A stretch of 64,000 bases of DNA from positions 3,286,001-3,350,000 of the forward strand of contig CM068759.1 of the NCBI GenBank assembly GCA_035084275.1, given 5' to 3'. The stretch comes from Hydrolagus colliei. Taxonomy: Eukaryota. Below are positions 12,498-22,550 of the stretch, in pieces. A model generated the notes under the pieces. It did no database searches. It saw only the letters and a list, made by a program, of their open reading frames with translations, and was not told the origin of the DNA. Positions within the stretch are counted from its first letter, which is position 1. Each line of letters begins with the position of its first letter. Both the position numbers and the translations under genes were made by a program.

Positions 12498-12989
12498 CTT
12501 TCAGTGAAATCACCTGAAGCACTCTATAATCTCAACCCATCACTTTAGTTGCTGCTTGAAATTGACATCTAATGTATTTGTAATTATGTATCTGACAAGC
12601 TGCATTAGCAAAATACGCATAAGGATAGAATACCTCTATTGTAGCTTTCATAACACCCTACAAAGGTCTCTCTCTGTCCAGTATGAATTCCGAGAGCCTG
12701 CAATATGTGTAAGTATATTTCGCCCATCCTCTCCTTCACTCTGGTTACAGCAAAACGATTTGCTGTGGTCTACTTTGCACTGAAGTAAAACAATGGAGCA
12801 GGACTGCCTTGCTGTTCCAATTCAAATTGTGGGCATTTCTTTATTTGAACCACATTTTTGGCAGGCAGATGGGTTAAAGAGAATCAGTTAGAAAGAATGA
12901 ATGCAGCAAAACCTTGATATAACATAGTTAGCTGAATGCAATAGCTCTAAAACTGCATTATAACTCCTGGATCAATTCAAATTTTCAGA

Positions 12990-13090
12990 ACTGAGGTCGA
13001 TAGATTTTAGTTAGGCAAACGTATCAAGGGATACGTAGCAAAGGCGGGTAAAATGGAGTTGAAGGTACAGATCAACCCTGATCTAACAGA
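12990..13090 (+). mobile_element. CR1 LINE 3' fragment
   Basis: gatagatttt...tatcaagggga...aaggcgggtaaaatggagttgaaggtacagatcaaccctgatcta; same family as the inverted copy at 31947-32120. Confidence 0.8.
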
Positions 13091-14214
13091 TTTGTTATGC
13101 AACTACGTTTAAATCCAGCTCAATGGAGAGTCCCTCCACCCACTATTACTTCCCTGATGTTTCATAAGCCCTGTAATGTCATACCTGGACTGCCATACGA
13201 AAGGTTGAACATGGTAAATCTCATTTGGACACCAATCTACAGATTGCCCCCGGTTCTGATATGATGGCATTTAAGAGATGGATTTGCACTCACCCAGAAC
13301 ACAGCGTGCATTTTAAAATTGTAATATTGAGAGATTTAAATTGTGTCAATTGAGCAGCGTGTCTGGAAAATGAGGTAGATGTAACTGATGGCCCTGAATA
13401 GACTCAACTCACAGCCGAAGCTTTGACCAGAAGGCCTACAATAAGAAGGACTGTTGCCAGTCACAGTTTCAGCCTTTCAAAAGATTTCTTCCAGTCAGAA
13501 GTCTGTTAGTTTTGTTTACCTCCATCCCCGCCACCCCCCCCCCCCCCCCCCCCCCAACCCCCAGCTCAATAAATTAAAGGTTAAATCTTGGAATTTGCTC
13601 CTCAACCACTAATTTGCAACCGTGTACAGTTATGACCCTGCTGAATCTATGAAGCTAGAAATATCATTAATAAATTAAAACATATGTACGTGTGTGTGTA
13701 TAGGAGAGAGTCTTTGAGAGTGCACCCTTCCACCTGCCTGAGTTTCTAACAATTAGTCTTTACACATTTAATTTGAGGAAAGTGGGGTGCAATGAACACA
13801 ACTGTGAAATGAACCCATGGGAGAAGTGGGTTGAATTCAGTGGACACGAGTCGCTGTTGCCTTTACATTAGCTTACACAGCATCTTTATTTGGAGCACTT
13901 TGATGGTTGCTAGGCAATGACCTAGCAACCCTTCGGTAGCTTCTGAAGACGTGCTAATGATATAAATATATCACTTTTGGGGCTTCTGTTGCTTGACAAC
14001 TAAGTAATCTTGTGTGACAGTAAATCTGTAAGAACAGTTCAAACTCTTACGAAATAGCCTAGGGACGGACTGCTGTCACAGGTATGGAATTTAAGGTTTT
14101 TTTCCCCCATCATCATTGCACTTTACTGGCCCAATCACAAACATTGCATTCTATGTACGTCCACGGGGAAAACAGAAGTGCTGCTTTCAAAGGAAACCTT
14201 CAATTGCAAAGCAT

Positions 14215-14310
14215 AAATTCACTTTACAGTATATTTTGTGAAGCGCTTTAAGACGTCGAGAAGACATGAAAAGCTCTACATCAAATGCAAGGATTTTTAT
14301 TATTATTATT
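14215..14310 (+). mobile_element. SINE 3' fragment
   Basis: aattcactttacagtatattttgtgaagcgcttt...aaggatttttattatt. Confidence 0.85.
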
Positions 14311-14498
14311 ACCGTTATAAAATGATGCAGCAAATGCAAATTCCAAGGCCTAATGCTTTCTTTTCTCTCGACGAGGAAGAAGCTTGTAAGATGCCCAAAC
14401 CTCTTCTCTGCCACTTCCAATATCCTGAAATTGCTGAGGCAGCTTAATCAGGGTAATTAACAGCTTCAGAAAATGAGCCAAATTATACTGTCGAGAAG

Positions 14499-14512
14499 CC
14501 ACTAGAGGGCAC
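14499..14512 (+). promoter_or_regulatory. CTCF core motif
   Basis: CCACTAGAGGGCAC fits the CCASYAGRKGGCRS consensus at every position. Confidence 0.6.
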
Positions 14513-14937
14513 TGTAAATAACCAGGGCAAAGGGTTAAAGAAACGCAATTTCTTCACTGTCACTTTGCATTTATTGAGCAGCTGTTCAAGCTCCTCCACA
14601 ATTCAACATCTCTCCGTTCTCAGTATTTGCACAAGAAAGGAAATCATTCTTCCACCAGCCGTTATTCGGTAACATTGATACGTCAGAAATAAACTTTTTT
14701 TTAATTAAAAAAATTATCATGCTGTGTTGCCATGTAACCAGACTGGATTATGTTAAACCAGAAGTTACAAACATTGAAAAAAAAAATTCCCCATTGTTAC
14801 CATGGCTCTCTTCCCCTTTTCTCTCAGTGTTGTTTTAGAGGAGCATTAAACACTGAATCATGCAGTCCATTCCCTCGAGTCAGGGACAATTGCTTCAGCA
14901 GTAAACGATTCTGAGGTCCTACATTCGGAGTACTTAC

Positions 14938-15042
14938 GTAGAATTACATCTTTATTAGGGATACGCTCCAGATAAAATGGACTATAGGACCACCCGCTGT
15001 GGAGCCTGTAGTCTGGTCGTCCAAAACTGATGTCCATCAGTG
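14938..15042 (-). other. Candidate internal exon (105 nt, phase 1-1), product unrecognised
   Basis: Acceptor cctctcattttatag, donor C|gtaagta; one open frame LMDISFGRPDYRLHSGWSYSPFYLERIPNKDVIL. Confidence 0.3.
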
Positions 15043-17224
15043 CTATAAAATGAGAGGCTGATAGTTCATTTCCCCACTAGGTCACTTCCAATACCCTCCT
15101 TTGAAGAGATGCTGAACAGATGGTTACTGATCAGAGATTAGCTCCAAGGTCCAAGGTTACTTGGCAACAAATTAAACCACAGTAAAGCCGGTCTATAAAG
15201 GCCACCGCTGGGACAGCGCTTGATTCACTGCTACGCACAACAATGTGGATGCTCACGCTGAATTGGAGTAAAACTTCTGCGCATACAATCTATAATTCAG
15301 ATGCAACAAACTCTATTGAGAGTGTTGTGCTTTGAAGGGCTGATTCATGAGTCTGTTAACTCATATCGGTGGTTTCAGTTTACTTATTTCCCCCTGTGTC
15401 ACAGTGTCAAGTGCGGCAGAATAGGCATCAGATGGGATTTTCAATCAAATCTGCAATGACTTGCATTGTTGTCAATGATCACCTGTGTATAAAGCTAAAA
15501 ATAGCTTTAGGAACATGCTATTTTCCCAAGATTTTCCCTTCGGATCATTGAGTTCTTCTTACAACATAACTTCAGATTATTACAGAGTATACCTGTGTTT
15601 AAACCACCTTTAATGTGCAAAATTATTAATTATGATATTACAAAACTAAAGTAACGAGTTCTGGTTTCCTGAATGAATATAAATGTAAATTCTACAGACA
15701 AAAAGTTTAGGCTACATCGATAGACAGAACTATTAATATCTAACGTAGATTTTTTTTTGACGCAAAAATGAAATGCATTTTGCAATCACTCATTACGAAA
15801 CTTGTTAAGGTGCATCTTAATTGAAAAAACATGAACCTGAAAATGTTTCCAAATGAAATACACTCGACGAGATTTGTGGCCACACAAATCCTTTTCTAAA
15901 AGGCGGCTTTCACCAGCATAGAGTGGCTGAGTTGTGCTTGTGGTGTGAAACAAATGAATAACCCAACCGAATTTTTAGGATAATGGGAGGAAATAGCCCT
16001 TTTTGAAAATCATGTGGACACTGCCCACTCCCATTTTTGAACCCATAACTATTTAGGATACACTAGAACACACAAGGAAGGAATCAGCATCTCAGGAAAC
16101 CTTTCTCTTAAATGATAGCTCTCCTGAACGGATTGTGCATCAACAGTCTTGTACAGAACAAGTTTTATTTTTATTCCGGTTACAACTGTAATAACCAAGT
16201 CCCCAAAGCTTACATTGAGCGCAATATTGAAAGATTGGAGGCTTAAAGGTCATGGACTGAAAGGCCAACGAGACTGCAAGTCTGGCTATAGCATCTAATA
16301 AGACATAAAGCGACCAGTCCATTTCCAGCAGAGTGTGCGGCGAGATTGACAGTGAAGCAGGAATCATTTCCCATTAAAAGAAAATGCCCTAGTGAGATCG
16401 TGTTCAAAGCTGGCATTTCAGATGGTTTAACCCTCTGTCGATATTTTTCCATGTGTACTTGAAGGTAAAATATCTCTCCCAAAAAGAATAAAGTAAAGCT
16501 TCACTGGCAACTTGTGAATTTTGACGGTGGTTCAATTATCTGGCTGATACAATATGTATAGCCAGTTACTATCATTTGTATGTTTTCTATTTTCCATCTT
16601 TATTGAATGTGGTTCTGAGGGAGAAATTGTAAATTCAGTTTACAACATATTGGCCTCGTATCCCACACAAGTGAGAGGTCGGTGAAAGAACTGTAGGAAA
16701 ATTGCCACGTGTCGCTCATGATTTCCCCAGTTACTCTGCTGTACAACATTCTGTGTTCCACTGTAGACAGTTATTTGTCTTGTCTCTTCTGTAGTTAATG
16801 TGTATCTTGCTCAGAAAGGACTGAGACAAAGTTGGTTATAGGACCTAGTCGTCTGACATTCTTGAGACCACCTTCAATATTCTTTTGGACGATACGCAAA
16901 GGCCCAGATCAAGAAATAAATAAAAGAAACGATAAGAGAGAATGCAGCACTGAGAAGTATCATGGGTTTCCAACTGACTGTATGAGTCCCCACAGAAAGC
17001 AGGTCACAGGTAGTTTGGAAGATAACAGGAGCAGCTATACTCTGGGTTCAAAGCTACTCTCTTTCAGTTTGGTTGAACTGAACTGGTGCTGTTTTATATT
17101 ACAACGCAGCAATTGTGCCCTGGACTTGAAAATATTTGCAGCTTTGGTTTCAACAGGAAGTGTGTCATGCAGACCAGACCAGGTGCAGAGTTCCTGCCCT
17201 GGGCAGTGTAACACAAATTAATGA

Positions 17225-17470
17225 TTAAAAATCCTTGCATTTGCTATAGTGCCTTTCACGTAGGAATGACATCTTAAAACCCTTTACAAGATTTACTGTG
17301 GAGTGGAGCGACTGTGCATTTGCAGTCAAACACGTCAGTTCATGTGTACAGCTATGAAACAAACGGACAATTTTATTTGGGGGGATTGTTGGCCAGAACC
17401 TCAAGGGAAACCCTTTTCTCTTTTTGAGTAGCAAACTGTGCGAGTTCAAGTCTTGACGTCCATTTCAAAC
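17225..17470 (-). mobile_element. DeuSINE-like element, degraded
   Basis: Inverted tail aatccttgcatttgctatagtgcctttcacg plus gattgttggccagaac..gggaaacccttttctcttt Deu-like segment. Confidence 0.65.
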
Positions 17471-18284
17471 CGATGAATCCTTGTAAATTCAGATGATGAC
17501 CGTCAAGTTTTCAGGCCTCTTGGATTCACACGTGGTGTTTCAGTGTCAATCCTCAAGTCACATAGCAATGGAAATCTGCACACTGTTCCAATGAATAAGG
17601 AGCCACAGAGGAATACATACAGTAGCAATTTTTTTTACAGTGACCCTAAAAACTTCTTCAAGGTCACAATCTACCTTTGTTCCTTTCCTATTGTTATTGC
17701 GAACAGATTTACTGGTCACCTTAAGGGGTATTTTCATTTTCTATAATATCATGAGTGCTTGCTGCAGAGGATAACCACTGAAAATATACATTACAAAGCA
17801 ATTCCTTCAATAGCTTAAAAATGTATTAAGTTTTATCTTAAGTAACTTAAACTCAAAATGCTTTTTTAAAATTATAGTGAATATCCCAATATATTGGATA
17901 TCTTGTGGAAGTATCGTCAACCAGATTATTCCTACTGGACAAAATTAGATTTTTTTTAGTCTTGAGCTAAACCTTTAGGAGTTCAGATCTGAGTGTTTAT
18001 AAAACCTGTACATTAAAAGTAAAAATAACCATATTTGATATTACCAATTCAACAAAACAGGGCAAAGTAATGCTTAGTGCATTATTGGGACAAGATAAAG
18101 ATCTGTATTCCTGCAAAAAAAAAATCAGAGACCAGCATGGTACAGGTCTGTGTTCTCAACAGAGCTTTGTTCGTTGTTGCTCACTGCTTTAGTAACAGGG
18201 ATGCTACAATTTGCACAAACGCCTTACGGTTAGGCAAGAGCATATCACACAGGTTTCCTGCTGCCAATTGCAACTGGACGACTA

Positions 18285-18620
18285 CCTGTGGCTCAGTGGT
18301 CAGAGCACTTGTCTTGCAAGCTGGGGAGACCAAGCTGGGGAGACCTGTATTCAAATCTAGGCAGGTCAGGGCGAAACCTTGGGCAAGTTTCCTTACTCCA
18401 CACGCCTAATAAGAATAATCCCTCCAAAAAAAACCCACAATAATAAAAAATTGGTCATTTCAATCCACGACTGTTTGTGGGGGACGCTGCTGTGCGCAAT
18501 TGGCTGCCGCGATTCGCCCGCAAATATATACAGTCAATTCACTTTACAGTATATTTTGTGAAGCGCTTTGGGACGTCGATAAGATGTGAAAAGCGCTATA
18601 TCAAAATGCAAATATTATTA
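18285..18620 (+). mobile_element. tRNA-derived SINE, full length, young subfamily
   Basis: tggctcagtgg A-box, ttcaaatc B-box, intact CpGs, diagnostic tandem gctggggagacc duplication also present at 47480-47800. Confidence 0.95.
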
Positions 18621-19069
18621 TATATATTATGTGTGCATGTCAGAGGCAGTATCAGGCAAGCCTGTGATGCTCTCCACAGTTGAGCAGTCTATTATTGACA
18701 GTCGCACATAAATTGACCATTCGGACAAGATAGCATCTCTGAAGGAGACCCATGCAAGAGTCTCTCTGAGACTCCGTCCGGTGAGGAGAATACTACATAA
18801 ATCTGAGTTGTTGTTGTTGAAGAGTTAGTGCCTCGGGGAGAAAAGAAGAACACGAGCAGGATAAAAATGGATTTTTAAAGAAAAACGGCAAGATATATTT
18901 ATTACAGTAAATTCAAAACGGTGGTATCCAAGGCCAAATCTCTTTATTTTTCCATTCAGTTTCCATATGGAAAGGTGGATAGTAAAACCTGCTACATCCA
19001 ACGCAGGAACAAGTCTTATGTCAGCGCCACAGAGCAACACTTCAAGAGAAACTGTTTCTCCCCCAAATC

Positions 19070-19220
19070 ATCGTGAGGTCAGGAAACATTTCTTCACACA
19101 GCAGCTTGTGAAGAATGAAATGCTATGTCCCAAAAAGCTGGAGCAATGGAATCAATTGGGCATTTAAAAGAATGACAGACAGATACTTTTGTAGTACAGG
19201 TTGTAAGGGTTACAGGTACA
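19070..19220 (+). mobile_element. CR1 LINE ORF2 C-terminal fragment
   Basis: Translates VRKHFFTQQLV, matching the CR1 'R.xFFTQRVV..WN.LP' motif. Confidence 0.75.
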
Positions 19221-19444
19221 GAATCTGAAGTTGGGATTTGAAACATGGGGAGGTGGGGGTGGAGAGGGTTGGGGGATGTGAAATAATATTTAAAATAGTT
19301 TATCCCCAAGCAAACTCAAGCCACCACACTCATCTTTTGAAGTGTTAACAAGCTTAATTTAATAACTGATAACTCCCAAACCAGGATTTCCTGGATCCAA
19401 AGAATAATGTTTGCACAGTCAGCTTAGACTTTAGCTTTAGTGTG

Positions 19445-19850
19445 TCAGCATGGCATAGTTATCTCTCTCATCTCTCAGTCAGAAGCTGTCAGTTCGAAAC
19501 TTTGGACTCAAGTCCAGATTCAGGGCTGGGAAGCTCTGCATTGTCGGAGCTGCAGCCATTCAGATGGGACATTAAATTCAGGTCCTCCCTGCCTTTTCAA
19601 GGGGGATCCCATGTCTCTATTCAGGAAGGGAAGGGAAGGGAGTTTCTCTAGGTGCCATGGCAAACAATCCCTCAGCTGAAATTGGTCTTTCGCTTACTGA
19701 CCGACTTTATGGCAATTCTGTCCACAAATTGGCTGCCTAGTTCACCCATAAATTGCACTGTACAGTGAAGTGCACTGTACATTAAATCTTGTGAAGCGCT
19801 TTAAGAGGTCCTGTGGTGCTGTATCAAGTGCAAGGATTATTATAATTGTT
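19445..19850 (+). mobile_element. DeuSINE, near full length
   Basis: tRNA-like head, Deu domain (gcattgtcggag..gcc.ttcagatgggacattaaa...gatcccatg...gggagtttctc), then aaattggctgcc and an L2 tail. Confidence 0.8.
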
Positions 19851-21774
19851 ATAGTTTGTTATTGTAGGCAGTATTCAAGACAAGAATTACAGGCTGGAAA
19901 CCTACCAAAGCTCACAATATGCAAATTGCATTTGTTCTTTTTCTTTGCAATGGGATTCCTATTATTTTTGTAATTGCACAGGTTTCTCATTGAAAACTCA
20001 AAAAAACAACACAATTCGACGGTTTTCTGTCCATTCAAGCAAGTAGAATGAACAAAGATTACGATCAAAGCATTTTCTTTGCTTGGGGGGTTTTTGTAAA
20101 CCCTCACATTTTGATCGCTGCAAAAGTGGATTTTGTTTCTGCTCCTGTTAAAGAGTGGCAGCAGACTTGGGAGGTGAAGAAAAGTGGTTGGATCTGTCTT
20201 CCACAATCAGTATAACCGGAATGATTCTTTTCCTATAGGACAAATGGGACATCTTGTCACATAATAGTCAGAAGCATCTAAATCTTTGATGACTTATCAA
20301 ACTCTGATGCAGCTGTCAATGATTCCTCCATCCAGACAATGAGCAATGGCATGTCAAATTAATTTATTTAACAACTATGAAAGGAAAACCCCTCTAGTGT
20401 TGTCCAGCAACATAGTCATCATTGCAACCACATGCAGCAAACAACAACCCAACATGGTATGGGAAGATTGAATTTGCAATCTCCTCTTTCGGTGCTTGGG
20501 TGCACTATTACAATTCGTAAGCTTTTGAGACGAAGAAAAACTATGAACTCAGGCTTTCCAATATGCTCAAGAAGTATTTTCACTCGCACAAAATCAATCA
20601 GAGCAAAGTAGAAAATTACAAGGAAAATGAGTGATGGCTTCAAGATCAGCTAATTAACTAATGAATGCAGATTCTGAACCAGGGCCATTTGTCTTCAATT
20701 GAATTACTCCAGACATAACCCCTGAGCTCTGAAGTAAAACCACAGCAGTCGTTCAAAACAAATAAATTCAAGGTACTGTGTATGGGATTTCAAACAGAAG
20801 ACAAATGTACCTCCACTGAGGGAACAGAACTTGGCAAGAAGCTGAAAGAAATCCAATAGTGCCAGTTGACTCACCACTCCTACATCTGAGGCATGTGAGG
20901 CAACAACAACAACACAAGGCACAACCATAACAAGCTGTACTATCACATCAATTCAGTTTGGATCCCAAGAAGCCAAACTCATACAATGAAATATCAGATC
21001 AAATTAGCTTGAAGGGCCTCTTCATACTGACCTCTCATGAGATCTTGTGATTTGTATTGTCAGAATGCACAGAAAATCTTCAATGAGCAATGATGCATTT
21101 TACTGGTTGAAATTTCCCCCATTCTAATATAGGGTTTTATGTCCCACCCCGTACAAGTGCTACTCACTGTTTGCTTCCCAATTATTGAGATCTGGTTAAT
21201 CAATGGGGCTGCAGTGGGTTAGCACTGTTCTGTAGCTCTTCTTGAATAAGCGAATGAATAAGGGATTTAAATAGCTTCCTGTAGTCTGTCAAAACTTCAC
21301 CACTGTTCATTGACTCCTTCAAAATGAGTAGGCATTCACAAATCTCCTCTCTTGTATCTCCAAGTACCCTAGGGTATAGTTAATCTGTCCTGAAAGAGTA
21401 ATTTAATTGAAAACCCTTGAGTCTCTCCAGAACCTCTGCTTTGCTAAGGTCAAAGTCTTGGAATACACATGAATTGGATGTTGAACAGCATATTGTCAGT
21501 CTCTTAGCTGGTCAGAAGGAAAATTCCCAAGAACATTAATCAGACTGCAGAAACTTTCTTTTTTTTTCTGTTGCCACATCTGGCAAGACAGAAGCTATCA
21601 ATGAATGCTACTAACAAGGTAGTGAATTTCTCAATTTCCTCGAGATCCAAATTCAATTGAATACTTTTGACACTGGGTCAGGTGATTCCTTCGATCATAT
21701 GAGAAACGGCTAGAATGGAGAATTCCCAACTGCGTTCTTCAAATTTATGTTTCACATAGAAGAGACAAATTCAG

Positions 21775-22443
21775 AACAACAACAACAACAAACAACAAAT
21801 TACACTTATAAATCGCCTTTCACGTCGGGAGGACGTCCCAAGGCGCTGCACAGGAGGCGTGTGACCCGAGCTGGGAGGGGAGTGTACGGGAAGGGGTGAA
21901 ACAAGTAGGGGAGGTCGAAGAATTCGGGGTGGAACAAAAGGCACGGTCGAAGAGGAAAGTCTTCAAACTGGCCTTGAAAGAGGAAAGGGAAGAAACAAGA
22001 TGGAGGGATTGGGGGATGGAATTCCATAGGGTCGGAGCAGAAAAACTGAAGGCCCGGCATCCGATGGTGGGGCGGTTCGGGCGGGGGGCTTGGAGCAGGC
22101 CAAGTCCTGCTGAACGGAGGGTCCGGGTGGGTTTGTAGGGGGAGAGTAAATTGGTTAAATAGGGCGGGGCAAGGCCATGTAAGGCCTTGAAGGTGAGGAC
22201 GAGGATCTTGAACTCGATCCTCTGGAGGATGGGGAGCCAGTGGAGACGGGCGAGGGTGGGGGTTATGTGGTCGCGAAGGCGGGTGCGGGATAATACACGG
22301 GCTGCAGAGTTTTGGATGACCCGCAGCCTATGAATGGAGGAACTGGGGAGGCCGACGAGGAGAGAGTTTCCGTAGTCCAGCCTTGAGGTGATGTACGCGT
22401 GCACGAGTGTTTCGGCAGCGTGGGGGGTAAGATAATTGCGGAG
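21775..22443 (-). mobile_element. Young 5'-truncated L2 LINE with uninterrupted ORF2 C-terminus
   Basis: LRNYLTPHAAETLVHAYITSRLDYGNSLL...IQNSAAR..HITP.L..LHWLP...RI.FK...LWNS.P..FK..LKTFLF; CpG-rich; ends in the stem-loop tail and (TTG)n. Confidence 0.97.
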
Positions 22444-22493
22444 CCTTTACAGAAATGTTGACACTGAATGTAGATGTCCAACTAAGCACGGGA

Positions 22494-22550
22494 ACAACAA
22501 CTTGTATTTACATAGCTCCTCTCACGCAGGGTAGCGTCCCAGACAGCGTT
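22494..22550 (-). mobile_element. L2-type tail only
   Basis: aacaacaacttgtatttacatagctcctctcacgc...gcgtcccaga. Confidence 0.65.

Larger units (their letters stand above)
13905..15168. promoter_or_regulatory. Cluster of RFX X-box-like motifs (candidate enhancer or promoter)
   Basis: GTTGCTAGGCAAT 13906, CCTAGCAAC 13921, GTTGCTTGACAAC 13988, GTTGCCATGTAAC 14726, GTTACCATGGC 14796, GTTACTTGGCAAC 15156. Confidence 0.5.

Noticed and set aside
18285-18365. tRNA genes at SINE heads
   Set aside because: A and B boxes are present, but there is no complete cloverleaf and each is followed by a SINE body and tail.
20250-21300. Possible endogenous viral ORF on the + strand
   Set aside because: Many stops and no viral motif; more simply the flank or antisense of the RT fossil.
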